From: a virus
Taxonomy: Duplodnaviria > Caudoviricetes
Strand: one strand, 5' to 3'
IMG/VR virus record: IMGVR_UViG_3300030376_002193
Span: 1-37,320 of that record
DNA: 37,320 bases
A program made the position numbers and the translations under genes. Under the pieces are notes generated by a model. That model saw nothing but the letters and a program-made list of their open reading frames with translations. It did no database searches and had not been told where the DNA came from. Positions 8,776 through 19,015 of this stretch are shown here, one piece after another (positions within the stretch are counted from its first letter, which is position 1; every line of letters begins with the position of its first letter).

Positions 8776-9824
8776 TAATTAAAGAAAAAAATGAAAATTT
8801 ATATGATAAAAACAAAAACATATTAAGTTGTGTTTATTGTAATTCTATGCAAATCCATAAAGACGGAAAAACTAAATACGGAAAGCAAAGATATTATTGT
8901 TTAAGCTGTAAAAGGAGAAGTGTAAAAACAAACACTATTTATAATAAAGACTTTAACCAAGAAAAAAACCCTCCTAATAAAGAAATGGATATTGAGGAGT
9001 TAATTAAATACAGAGTCAAAAAGTTTAAAGTAAAACAAAAAAGAGATTTTTATGAAAAATTAGTAAATATAAATATTAATCTTGATGGTCCAATAGGAAT
9101 TGCTCATTTTGGCGATCCTCACGTTGATGATGATGGTACAGATTTATCTGAAATATTTGCTATTACAAATTTAATTAACAAAACCGAAGGAATGTTTGCT
9201 GGTAATTTAGGCGACATTCAAAATAACTGGATAGGCAGACTGGCTAGGTTATACGCTAATCAAACCACAACTGCGAAAGAATCTTGGTTGTTATCAGAGC
9301 ATTTTGTTAAAAGTTTAGAGTGGCTTTATTTAGTTGGTGGAAATCACGATGTTTGGTCAGGCGATGGCGATCCTCTAGAATTTATAATGAGAAATAGTGA
9401 AACTGTTTATAGCAACCACGGTGTTAGAATAAATTTAAAATTCCCTAATAAAAACCAAGTTAGGATAAACGCTAGGCATCAATTTAAAGGAAATTCAATG
9501 TGGAATACTGCTCACGCTATTAGTAGAGCAATTCAAATGGGTTGGCGTGATCATATTTTAACTGCAGGGCATATACACGTTTCTGGATACCAAGTTTTAA
9601 AAGACCCTAGTTCAGGGTTAATTTCTCATGCGTTACAAGTAGCAAGTTTTAAAAGAATGGACGAATATGCAAATAAAAACGGAATGGATGATAAAAATAT
9701 ATTTAATTGCCCTGTAACTATTATCGATCCTAAATATTCGGCTGATGATAATAGGTTAATTACAACAATTTTTGATCCACATGAAGGCGCAGATTATTTA
9801 ACATGGAAAAGATCACAGAAATAG
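8772..9824 (+). CDS. Zn-ribbon + calcineurin-like metallophosphoesterase
   Basis: CVYC...KDG...KQRYYCLSC ribbon; GDPH, GDIQNN, GNHD, RH and GHIH motifs. Confidence 0.8.
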   Translation: MIIKEKNENLYDKNKNILSCVYCNSMQIHKDGKTKYGKQRYYCLSCKRRSVKTNTIYNKDFNQEKNPPNKEMDIEELIKYRVKKFKVKQKRDFYEKLVNININLDGPIGIAHFGDPHVDDDGTDLSEIFAITNLINKTEGMFAGNLGDIQNNWIGRLARLYANQTTTAKESWLLSEHFVKSLEWLYLVGGNHDVWSGDGDPLEFIMRNSETVYSNHGVRINLKFPNKNQVRINARHQFKGNSMWNTAHAISRAIQMGWRDHILTAGHIHVSGYQVLKDPSSGLISHALQVASFKRMDEYANKNGMDDKNIFNCPVTIIDPKYSADDNRLITTIFDPHEGADYLTWKRSQK

Positions 9825-10027
9825 AAACAACATTAGACACTGACTATAACGCTTTTGAAGTTATATGTAGATGTAAAGAGATTGCAGAACACTTAGATGT
9901 AACAAATATTATAATAGATAATCAATGTTATGAAGAAAAAGAAATGTTGTTGGAATTAATAAGTAAAATTAAAAGTTTAGAACTGGAGATTGTTGACTAT
10001 CCCCATAGACCAGAGGCAGAAGCATGA
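9803..10027 (+). CDS. Hypothetical acidic protein
   Basis: ORF track; overlaps both neighbours. Confidence 0.55.
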   Translation: MEKITEIETTLDTDYNAFEVICRCKEIAEHLDVTNIIIDNQCYEEKEMLLELISKIKSLELEIVDYPHRPEAEA

Positions 10028-11010
10028 GCACATATTACGAATCATATTGCAACACAACCACAGACTTATCGTTTGTAGAGCCATATTTAAGTGAATACGA
10101 CCATAAAAAAGTTTTAGCTAGTAACTTTACCACTACGGACACAACGAACCTCTATCAGCTTAATAATACAGGGTATATTTCTCAACTTTACAAAGATGGC
10201 GTTGAGATGACTTCCGTAACAGATACGCCAAACGCTGATAATGAATATAATTATTCTAGTAGCACCGATTCTTTTCAGTTTTTTCTAGCATCTTCATCTG
10301 TATCGGCATTAAATAGCGCAGTTTTTGAAGCATCTAGAGATTGGAGTGATTTAAAAACAGAAGCAGTAAAAAGAGCAAGTGACTTTATTCGTTCATTATT
10401 ACCATTTCCAATTTATAAAAACAAAGGTGTTGGAACTTCTGACGCAGTAGCAAATGACTATCCAGAAATAATAGTGCGTAGTACGGCAGTAATGGCTGTA
10501 GAATCGCTGATTAGACCTTATGATGTAGATAAAGCTGACCAAATAAAAAGTCAGGCTATAAACGACCAAAATACAGGTTGGTTGGATATGCTAAGAAAGG
10601 GTGAAATTACATTATATTCTAGCGAATCAGAACAAAAGCATAAAGGTGTATTAAAAGACGTATCTGTAAACGCAAATACAACTGGTGGAATTGTAGATGT
10701 AAAAGGTCGAGCTAGTACACAATGGGATGCTATAAAAATTATTATATCAGCTGGGGGAACAATTACAGCAGGTTCTGCAAATACAAGCGTGACATATTCT
10801 AGTTTTACTAGAAATGAAAAAGGTTTAAAAATGAACCAAGATACAACTGAAGAAATTATTGATTGTGGATGGCAATCCGTAGGGCATGATATGTGGGTAA
10901 GATTTTCACCTGGAGTATATACTACAAACGATGAATATGAATTAGAAGTTAGTGGCGTTGTAGATCAAGCTTTTACGCCTATTAAAACAGTGAGAACAAG
11001 CAGATATTAA
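10024..11010 (+). CDS. Virion protein, probable head-tail adaptor
   Basis: N-terminal SYCNTTTDL and ...KRASDFIRS...YPEII...WLDML pattern of adaptors; lies before the tail genes. Confidence 0.5.
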   Translation: MSTYYESYCNTTTDLSFVEPYLSEYDHKKVLASNFTTTDTTNLYQLNNTGYISQLYKDGVEMTSVTDTPNADNEYNYSSSTDSFQFFLASSSVSALNSAVFEASRDWSDLKTEAVKRASDFIRSLLPFPIYKNKGVGTSDAVANDYPEIIVRSTAVMAVESLIRPYDVDKADQIKSQAINDQNTGWLDMLRKGEITLYSSESEQKHKGVLKDVSVNANTTGGIVDVKGRASTQWDAIKIIISAGGTITAGSANTSVTYSSFTRNEKGLKMNQDTTEEIIDCGWQSVGHDMWVRFSPGVYTTNDEYELEVSGVVDQAFTPIKTVRTSRY

Positions 11011-11011
11011 T

Positions 11012-11434
11012 ATGGCAATAACTTTTACAAATACAATACATGATAAAATAATAGATAGTTTAGCAACTATTATTCATAATGAATTTAATATTCCTATTAA
11101 GTATAGCGAACACAGAGGAAATCAATCTTTCTTATTAACGCCAGAATCAGATGCTTTTATTGAACATTTAAATAGTGGAATAACACGAGAATACACTGTA
11201 AATATAGAATATCAACTAAAATCAGCAGGAGAATATTCTCTAAATAATTTAAAACAAGTCAGTAATATTATGGAAAGATTTAAAAGGTTAGTTTTTAATA
11301 ATATTAGCTATTCAAACGGAGATGTTTGGTTTGATGCTAGAGTAACAAGTATTGAGTACATTCAAGATGAAGATGATAAAACTCTTTTAAAAGGTCTTGC
11401 TGTATTTAATTGCACCAATATAGAAATAATATAA
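11012..11434 (+). CDS. Probable tail terminator/completion protein
   Basis: 140 aa, alpha/beta pattern; lies before the tail tube gene. Confidence 0.55.
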   Translation: MAITFTNTIHDKIIDSLATIIHNEFNIPIKYSEHRGNQSFLLTPESDAFIEHLNSGITREYTVNIEYQLKSAGEYSLNNLKQVSNIMERFKRLVFNNISYSNGDVWFDARVTSIEYIQDEDDKTLLKGLAVFNCTNIEII

Positions 11435-11444
11435 GGAATCTATA

Positions 11445-11624
11445 ATGAAGAATAAAAAAAAATACAAGGCAACTTCAACATTTAATGTAGATGCCTTTGA
11501 TAATTACAAAGGGTTGGGCAACGATAATCATGCAAAGCTATGCAAAGGTAAAATTGTTGAGCTTGATTTTGAACCAGCTGAATTACTTAAAAATAAAATG
11601 CTCAAAACAGTAGGAGAAAAATAA
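11445..11624 (+). CDS. Hypothetical protein (59 aa)
   Basis: AAGGA RBS; MKNKKKYKATSTF...TVGEK; TAATG overlap with the tail tube gene. Confidence 0.55.
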   Translation: MKNKKKYKATSTFNVDAFDNYKGLGNDNHAKLCKGKIVELDFEPAELLKNKMLKTVGEK

Positions 11625-12637
11625 TGGCAACATATTCAGGAAATCAATTCCTTGTCTATATAGGTCAACATGCAGCAAATCAAGGTATCTTAACTCAAAA
11701 CGCTGATAATGCTCTACATAGATGGAATTTAGAAACAGTAAATGATATAGACTTTAGCGCAGGAGTTACACAAGAGTTTATCCCAAGAACTGGTCAAAAA
11801 GTCTTTAGAGAAGAAGATTTGTTTACAACTCAAAATGGTGGCTCTTATACAATGGCTTTTGACTACTTAGTGGATTCAGAAGAAATATTGCAATTGTTAC
11901 TAAGATCAGCAATGGAAGTAGATGGAACTACGGGAGTTTGTCACATGACTGGAAATCAAGGGCATTCTGCTCAATACGCAGTTAATACATCAGCTCCAGA
12001 CTTTTCATTACAAGTTAGTATTGTAAATCCAGATTCTGACCAAACTCGATTATTGCACTCTGCAGTAGTTACAGAGCTTACTTTGTCAATGGACACTGGT
12101 ACAAATGGTGGTAGATTGAGGGCTAGTGGAACATTGTACTCTGGTTATAGACCTACTGTTGGAACAAACGCAGTTTCTGATGGTTCTACAGCTTCAAATA
12201 CAGATTATGCTTTTGGGTTATTTGATTGTCACGCAGTTGAAATTGCTGGAACTCAAGTTACGTGTAAATCTTTTTCTGTAACTATTTCAAACCCAGCAGA
12301 AAGAGTTGGTTATCAAATTGTAAATAGTATAGATGGGGAACCAACTGATTACATAAGGAATCGAGCTGATGTCACTGGCTCTATAAATGTAAAAATGGAT
12401 GATACTTCTGTAGCTCAATTACCATTCTATCTAGCTGGTACTTCAAAAGGTATTCTAGTTGGAGATGAAGGAACTTCAGGTGGTGGTAGTGCATCAGATA
12501 TATTTATAGAAATACCAACTGCAAAATACACTGGACATAATGTTGATTTAGGTTCAGAAGGTGGTGTTTTTATTGAATTACCATTTCAAGCAACTGCGAC
12601 TGGAACAAATAAACTAATAACAGTTCTAGCAACTTAA
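11624..12637 (+). CDS. Major tail tube protein
   Basis: 337 aa, beta-rich (VTELTLS, SFSVTISN, VTGSINV, IELPFQA); upstream of chaperones and tape measure. Confidence 0.75.
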   Translation: MATYSGNQFLVYIGQHAANQGILTQNADNALHRWNLETVNDIDFSAGVTQEFIPRTGQKVFREEDLFTTQNGGSYTMAFDYLVDSEEILQLLLRSAMEVDGTTGVCHMTGNQGHSAQYAVNTSAPDFSLQVSIVNPDSDQTRLLHSAVVTELTLSMDTGTNGGRLRASGTLYSGYRPTVGTNAVSDGSTASNTDYAFGLFDCHAVEIAGTQVTCKSFSVTISNPAERVGYQIVNSIDGEPTDYIRNRADVTGSINVKMDDTSVAQLPFYLAGTSKGILVGDEGTSGGGSASDIFIEIPTAKYTGHNVDLGSEGGVFIELPFQATATGTNKLITVLAT

Positions 12638-12655
12638 TAAACAGGGAGGAATAAA

Positions 12656-12931
12656 ATGATAGTAAATACAAAGCATGGCGATTTTGAATGTAAAGATATT
12701 ACAAGAAAAAAAAGGCGCAGTTTATATAGGAAAGTAAAAGAAGTATTTGCTGACCTAGAACAAACTAAAGTTCATGATCTTGCTGATGAATTTGCATTAA
12801 TCGCTTTTGGAACAGAAGAAAAAGCAGAGGAGAGATTAAAAGGATTATCTGCATTGGCTGAAGATGAAGTTTTAATGGAAATTATAAACTCTTATATGGG
12901 TTTTAATTCGGGAAACATAACTGGCGATTGA
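12656..12931 (+). CDS. Tail assembly chaperone (lambda gpG-like)
   Basis: Between tail tube and tape measure; in-frame slippery heptamer near its 3' end. Confidence 0.75.
   Translation: MIVNTKHGDFECKDITRKKRRSLYRKVKEVFADLEQTKVHDLADEFALIAFGTEEKAEERLKGLSALAEDEVLMEIINSYMGFNSGNITGD
12910..12916 (+). promoter_or_regulatory. -1 ribosomal frameshift site G GGA AAC
   Basis: X XXY YYZ in the gpG frame; the -1 frame (GGG AAA CAT AAC TGG CGA TTG) is continuous with ORF 12928..13323. Confidence 0.8.
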
Positions 12932-13323
12932 GAACAGCAGTCTGGTTCTCCCAATATGGTCTGCCAGACGTTGAGTATTTCCTCCCATACAAAGCTCGGT
13001 CGCCAGTATTATTAAGGGTTTTAACTTATCAAAATAAAGGAGATTTATTTGATGAAATTGATAGATTACTTAAAGATAAAGGCACTCACAAATTTGGAGT
13101 TGGTCAAAGTCTTTTTTATCAATTGCCCTTATTTTGTAATCCTAGTGTACTTATCCCTAATTGGTGTTGGGAAATGATAAACGATTATCAAAGCGTAAAA
13201 AAGTTTCATATTCCTATCGCTAAGAGCTTAGATTCTGCTAATGCTTGGCAACTTGATTGCTTTAATATAATAGATCAAGAAATAACAAGAATTAAAAACC
13301 ACGAGAGAATAAAAAATGGCTAA
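12910..13323 (+). CDS. gpT-like portion of the G-T frameshift fusion
   Basis: Only a TTG start with no RBS at 12928; reachable by the -1 frameshift. Confidence 0.7.
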   Translation, partial: GKHNWRLRTAVWFSQYGLPDVEYFLPYKARSPVLLRVLTYQNKGDLFDEIDRLLKDKGTHKFGVGQSLFYQLPLFCNPSVLIPNWCWEMINDYQSVKKFHIPIAKSLDSANAWQLDCFNIIDQEITRIKNHERIKNG

Positions 13324-15415
13324 AAATGTAGTTTTAAAAATATCTCAAAAAGGTGCTAAGAAAACAACAACTGCTCTTAAAAATGTAGGTGGAGCATTAA
13401 CAAGTATTGGAACAAAAGCTGGAATTGTTACGGCTGGTTTTGGAATTTTATCTGTTAAATTAGCTGGAGACTTTCAAAAGAGCCTTCTAGAGGTTAGTAC
13501 ATTATTAGATAAAACGAACAAAAGAACTCTACCAGAAATGAGCAGAGAACTAAGAAATGTTGCATCTGCTAGTGGTTTAGCTCTTAGTTCTATCAGTAAA
13601 GCCAAATATGATATTGTTTCAGCTGGATTTTCTAAAGCATCGGATTCAGCTAAAGTTTTAAATGCTTCTTCTAAATTAGCAGTTGGTGGAGTTACCAGTG
13701 CAGCAGAAGCTGCAGACCTTCTTACAACTGCATTAAACGCTTATGGAAAATCAGCAGAAGAAGTTGACGCAGTTTCAAATACTTTATTCACAACTGTTAG
13801 GCTAGGTAAAACTACAATGGGCGAACTTGCTGGAAGTTTAGGCAGGGTGCTTCCTTTTGCTAAGTCTATGAATTTAAGTTTAGATGACGTTGGTGCATCA
13901 ATGGCGACTCTTACTGCTGCAGGTATAAATACAGCAGAAGCAACAACAGCTCTTACTAGTGCAATTACATCTTTATCTGCTCCTGGAGATGCAGCAAAAG
14001 AAGCTATGGAATTGGCTGGGGTTGAAGTAAAAAAGTTTGATGATGGAACTGTCGATCTTGTCAAAACAATAGAACAATTCCAAGGACTAGATCAAGAAAC
14101 AATTAAAAAGTTTATTCCTAATATTCGTGCTATTGCAGCAATACAGACAATGGCTAATAATTTTGGAACTCTAGAAAATAACGTTGTAGAATTTAACAGA
14201 GCTGCACAAGAATCAAACGCAACCGAAATTGCTTTTAATAAAATGACAAGTGCTTTTAATACTCAATTTGCTATGTTGAGAAATAATTTTCAAGGTATAA
14301 TGATTGAAATTGGTAATGTCATCATAGAAACAATACAACCCTCTATTGAACAAGCTAATAAAGAATTTGAAAAGTTAGGAGATATAGGTTGGGATAATAT
14401 AGGTAAAGCAATACAAGAAAGACTCCCAGCAATAGCAGTTCTTTTACAAGAAACAATGCGAATTGCTTTTGAACATATTGAAGGCAGAGCTAGTATTATG
14501 GGACTAACAATTAAAGAACATATAAAAGATGCGATTCCTTTTGTTGAAGGAGATTTTGAATCATTAAAACAAATGAGTGACGATTTAACACAAAAAACTA
14601 GCGAAAATACAGCAGAACTAAAAGAGCTATATACTAAAGCCTATAACGGTATTCTAGAAAAAGCTCAAGAAAATCGTGATGCTCAAATAGAAGTAAATAA
14701 ACAACTTTTAGAGCAACAAAATGCAGATTTACAAGAGAATGAAGAGAAGAAAAAAGAAATTGAAGATGCCTCAAAAAGTAAAAAAGCTGAAGATGTTGCA
14801 GAAGCAATAAAATTTATATCTATGGAACAATTTGAAAGAAATAAAGGTATTGCATTAATAAATAAAGAAGCAGAAGAAATGAAACGGGCTGGAGTTTCAG
14901 AAATTGATATAAAAACATTTATTGCTAAGAAAACTGTAGATTTAGAAAGAGTAAAAAGAGCTGCACAAGCATCAACTGTTTCTTCATTAGTTGGAGCTTT
15001 AGGACAAGCGAATACTGCATTTAAAGGCTCTGCGCTAGTATCAAAAAGACTTGCTCAAGTACAAGCAGTAATAGATACTTATGCTGGAGCAAATAAAGCA
15101 TTAGCTGCATCGCCACCACCTTTTAACTTTGTTGCTGCAGCTGCAGTAGTTGCTGCAGGACTTACGAATGTTGCCACAATAGAATCTCAAAACTTTGCTT
15201 CTGGTGGTATTGTTCAAGGCGCAGGAAATCAAGATACTGTTCCAGCAATGCTAACTCCAGGTGAGTTAATTCTTAATCAAGCACAACAAGAAAATCTAGC
15301 AGGTAATTCGGGAGGTGCAATTACGCTTAATATTTCTGCTCCGTTAGTAGATGAAACAATACTAGATACAATTATACCGGCTATTGAAAAAGCTAAATCA
15401 ATGAATATAGCATAA
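13316..15415 (+). CDS. Tape measure protein (TP901-family core)
   Basis: Ala-rich helical; YDIVSAG, LFTTVRLGKTTMGELA and ATLTAAGI motifs; C-terminal FASGG...DTVPAMLTPGE. Confidence 0.92.
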   Translation: MAKNVVLKISQKGAKKTTTALKNVGGALTSIGTKAGIVTAGFGILSVKLAGDFQKSLLEVSTLLDKTNKRTLPEMSRELRNVASASGLALSSISKAKYDIVSAGFSKASDSAKVLNASSKLAVGGVTSAAEAADLLTTALNAYGKSAEEVDAVSNTLFTTVRLGKTTMGELAGSLGRVLPFAKSMNLSLDDVGASMATLTAAGINTAEATTALTSAITSLSAPGDAAKEAMELAGVEVKKFDDGTVDLVKTIEQFQGLDQETIKKFIPNIRAIAAIQTMANNFGTLENNVVEFNRAAQESNATEIAFNKMTSAFNTQFAMLRNNFQGIMIEIGNVIIETIQPSIEQANKEFEKLGDIGWDNIGKAIQERLPAIAVLLQETMRIAFEHIEGRASIMGLTIKEHIKDAIPFVEGDFESLKQMSDDLTQKTSENTAELKELYTKAYNGILEKAQENRDAQIEVNKQLLEQQNADLQENEEKKKEIEDASKSKKAEDVAEAIKFISMEQFERNKGIALINKEAEEMKRAGVSEIDIKTFIAKKTVDLERVKRAAQASTVSSLVGALGQANTAFKGSALVSKRLAQVQAVIDTYAGANKALAASPPPFNFVAAAAVVAAGLTNVATIESQNFASGGIVQGAGNQDTVPAMLTPGELILNQAQQENLAGNSGGAITLNISAPLVDETILDTIIPAIEKAKSMNIA

Positions 15416-17943
15416 TGGCTTTTTCTAGTAATATAAAAAAATCTAATATATCAGAAAACTGGTTGTTCCAACTAGAATATTATAATGGAGATTCTCAAGG
15501 AGATGGGGGAGGTGGATTTGATCAGATATTTAGAAGTGATGGCACTACTGCTAATTTAATAAATGAAGCTTTTGATGATACTGATACAAGTCTTTTAGTT
15601 GATAACAATACAATGTTTGAGGCTGGAGACTTTATTAAAATAGATAGTGAAATTATGTTAATTACAGAGGTAAGCTCTGGTGCGCCTGTAATAACAGTAG
15701 TCAGAGGGGCAAAAGGAACTACTGCAGCAACGCACAGTGATAATAGTATAATGTTTTGGGATAATTATTTACCTATTTCTTTTTCTGATTTTTCTTATAA
15801 TAATGTTTTTTATCATGGCGTAATTACAAATAATCCTTCAATCAGGGAGTCTATTGATTTAAAAAAATGCACCTCTAAATCTTCAAATATTTCTATAACT
15901 ATACCAGATTTTAAATACAAGGGAAGCCCTATATCTCATGAATTATTTAGTACGCACAAATATATAAATAGAGTTGCCACTGTTTACTCTGTTATTGATG
16001 GCCAAGCTTTAAACAAAATAGCATCTTTTAGAGTTTCTGATATACAAAGTAATGGAATAAAAATCACAATTAATTTAGTAAGTCATAGACCGTGGGATAA
16101 CATTAGCGTTCCTCAAGTTAAAACTACTACAAATCAAAATTATTTTCCTATTGTTTATGGAAAAGATTTTACAGGGAGTTCTAGCTCGTATGCTTCGCCT
16201 TCTTACATTGAAACTTTTAGCAAAAAATTATGGCCAGTAAAAATAGATAAATACAGTTACTTTTTTCAATGTTTATTACATGAAGATTTTTCAGCTGGGA
16301 CATCTATCAGATTGCGTTATTACGAAAAAGGATTTGATGCTTTTGTTCCTCTAGAAACTGCTCTTGATTCTGAAAGCTATGAAAACGGAATTAGTGTTAG
16401 GACTTATTTTCATTTAAGGAGGCATTTTAAATTCAAGCCTACTGCAGCAATTTCTAAAACATTTTCTGATGTTGCTAATATAATTGATGGAACTGCAGAT
16501 CAAACTATTAGTGATACTTTTGCAGAAATGCCTATGGATAAAAATAGTGCTGGGGTTACTACCACCCTTACAAAAGACAATGTTTTTAATTTTCCAGCTT
16601 TTGATGATCCTCCAGATATTACTTCTGATTCTAGTACAAATTTTGGTTTTGTTATAGAGATAAGATGGAAAATGATAGATTTCTATGGAACCACAGGTGA
16701 CAGTAATGGCCTTACTGCAAATAGCGTTACAGTAAGTAATAACAGTAGATATACCACAGGTAATATAAGCGACTCGGTTGCTGGAGGTACAACCTTTGCA
16801 ACAAACGGAACTTTTAATACTGTAAACGCTTCAACTGGAAGTAGTAATGCTGTAACCATAAATGAAACAACTTCATCAACAAATGGTGCAACAACAGCAA
16901 CTGAATTTACATCTTTTCCTTATCAAAACGGATTATCAATTAGGTTTACAAGATTAGTAACCTCTGCAACAGACGGAACTGGAACTGCATCGTCTGGAAT
17001 TAATTCAGATTTACAAGTTGCTGATTTAAGGTGCAAGGTAACTTGTAGAATAGATAAGTTTAATACAACCACAGATGGCTTTGCTAGGATTAGAGATATA
17101 GACAGATTATACTGCGCAAATGATGGATTAGATAATGGCATTACAGGGTTAAGTGGTCAAGTTGAAGAAATACACCAAGCGCATTTAGATTTATTAAATA
17201 GATTTTGTGACGTTGATGTTGCAACAAATCCCAATACAAATATAGATGGTTACAGTGGATTAGATTCTGCAAGGAATAATTGGGATATAAGATACTGGAT
17301 TGAAGAACCAGAGTCATTAGAAAAAGTTTTAAATAAATTACAATTTGAAGGTCAGTTTGTTTTTAGATTTAAGCAGGGAGATTTTACTCAACCACAATAT
17401 GTATTTGTTCCAGATTCTCCAAGCTCTATTTTAACATTATCAAAAAACGATATATCAGATGTTGATCTAGAGGTTTCAAATCCAACAGATATTGTAACAA
17501 AAACCACAGTTAATTACGATAAACACCCAGCTCTAGGAACTTATCAAAATACAGTTACTGGCGTAAATAGTACATCAAGAAAAAATAATAATATACAATC
17601 AAAAGAAAATATAAAAGAAATAAATCTAGATGCTCTTGTTAATAATATAGGGGACACTGATCCAACTGGAGAAGATAAGAATGATAATTTCTTGGCTTAC
17701 ATAAACGCTTTATTTGGTGATATATACTTGAATATTTCATTAGATATAGTAAACCCTAGCAAGTGGGTTGATTCAAGCTTAGATCCAGTTGAAGTAGGTG
17801 ATATAATTGATTTTAATAATGATAATATGTTTCCTGTTTCGCCTTTAGGTTTTAATTCTAATTCTTGGAATGGTTTAAATTTTATTATTGTAAGTACAAA
17901 AAGAAGTTTAGGGAAATTATCAATTAAAGCAAGGAGCCTATAA
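15415..17943 (+). CDS. Large tail tip / hub protein
   Basis: 842 aa after the tape measure; PIVYG motif and C-terminal VEVGDII motif typical of hub proteins. Confidence 0.6.
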   Translation: MAFSSNIKKSNISENWLFQLEYYNGDSQGDGGGGFDQIFRSDGTTANLINEAFDDTDTSLLVDNNTMFEAGDFIKIDSEIMLITEVSSGAPVITVVRGAKGTTAATHSDNSIMFWDNYLPISFSDFSYNNVFYHGVITNNPSIRESIDLKKCTSKSSNISITIPDFKYKGSPISHELFSTHKYINRVATVYSVIDGQALNKIASFRVSDIQSNGIKITINLVSHRPWDNISVPQVKTTTNQNYFPIVYGKDFTGSSSSYASPSYIETFSKKLWPVKIDKYSYFFQCLLHEDFSAGTSIRLRYYEKGFDAFVPLETALDSESYENGISVRTYFHLRRHFKFKPTAAISKTFSDVANIIDGTADQTISDTFAEMPMDKNSAGVTTTLTKDNVFNFPAFDDPPDITSDSSTNFGFVIEIRWKMIDFYGTTGDSNGLTANSVTVSNNSRYTTGNISDSVAGGTTFATNGTFNTVNASTGSSNAVTINETTSSTNGATTATEFTSFPYQNGLSIRFTRLVTSATDGTGTASSGINSDLQVADLRCKVTCRIDKFNTTTDGFARIRDIDRLYCANDGLDNGITGLSGQVEEIHQAHLDLLNRFCDVDVATNPNTNIDGYSGLDSARNNWDIRYWIEEPESLEKVLNKLQFEGQFVFRFKQGDFTQPQYVFVPDSPSSILTLSKNDISDVDLEVSNPTDIVTKTTVNYDKHPALGTYQNTVTGVNSTSRKNNNIQSKENIKEINLDALVNNIGDTDPTGEDKNDNFLAYINALFGDIYLNISLDIVNPSKWVDSSLDPVEVGDIIDFNNDNMFPVSPLGFNSNSWNGLNFIIVSTKRSLGKLSIKARSL

Positions 17944-18980
17944 TGGCAAATATGGATGTAAAAATACCACGATTTTATCCAGATTTAATAAACCATATTA
18001 TGTCAAGAGGTGTAGCTCAAACTGATGTAGCAGATGTAATTACTGGAACTAATTTAATTGGCGTTCAAAACGGAACAGAAGCCGAATTATTTGACCTTAA
18101 CCCTTTAAATCAAGTTGACTTTAATACAAGCGCAGATGATGATGGCCACGTATTAATTAATATAGACACTCAAAACCAATCTAAAAGAATTAATTTTATT
18201 GCGATTTTAAACCATAATATGGTAACAGCTGGAGCAGAGTTTATTGCAGCGACCTCTAATACTGAAAGCCATATAAATAATGTAGATTTTGCAAGTGGAC
18301 ATGCAGACATTGATGGGACAGAAATAGTAAATGCAGATGATATTGAGTCAAGTGGAACACACGCAGTTACTCCAGGAACAAACGGATCAACAATTATAAG
18401 GTTTGCCGAAACTTCTCACCAACATATAGGAATACAATTTCAAGGTTCTGATGGAACTTTTACAGCTACGGATTTAAAAATAGGCTGTATAATAGTTGGT
18501 GAATATTTCGATATGCCTTTTGCTCCAGATTTATCATTAAAGCGATCTATTGTATATGACTCAAATAAAATACAAGAATCATTAGGTGGTCAAAAATATA
18601 GTACAATGGTAAATCATGGCAGAAAAACTTTTGGAGCTGGAAATATATCTCCGTTTAGTGTAACGACTGTAAATCACGACCTTTATGGAGGTAGAATAAT
18701 ATATGATTTAAGCTTTAGTTTTTTAAACAGCGATAAAATAATGCCTGAAGAATATTCCAATCACGAAGATGGCTCTGGAGATGATCAAGTCATTACCGAT
18801 ATTTGGGAAGTTACAAACGGAAATCATCTACCTTTTATTTTTAGCGTTGATAATACTAGCGAAGGAGACGAAGCCGAATCAGAACATATATTCGCTAGAT
18901 TTGGACAAGAATCATTAGATATGACTCAAGTAGCCAATGGCGTTTATTCGTTAAGTATGAAGATTGAAGAAGAATTTTAG
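17943..18980 (+). CDS. Tail tip protein (distal-tail-like)
   Basis: Last structural gene; acidic and beta-rich; ends in SMKIEEEF. Confidence 0.55.
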   Translation: MANMDVKIPRFYPDLINHIMSRGVAQTDVADVITGTNLIGVQNGTEAELFDLNPLNQVDFNTSADDDGHVLINIDTQNQSKRINFIAILNHNMVTAGAEFIAATSNTESHINNVDFASGHADIDGTEIVNADDIESSGTHAVTPGTNGSTIIRFAETSHQHIGIQFQGSDGTFTATDLKIGCIIVGEYFDMPFAPDLSLKRSIVYDSNKIQESLGGQKYSTMVNHGRKTFGAGNISPFSVTTVNHDLYGGRIIYDLSFSFLNSDKIMPEEYSNHEDGSGDDQVITDIWEVTNGNHLPFIFSVDNTSEGDEAESEHIFARFGQESLDMTQVANGVYSLSMKIEEEF

Positions 18981-19015
18981 CTTCTTATAGATATATGTAT
19001 TAAATTACAACCTTA

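Noticed and set aside
8772-8930. IS1 transposase
   Set aside because: Only the Zn ribbon resembles InsA; no DDE domain or terminal inverted repeats were seen.
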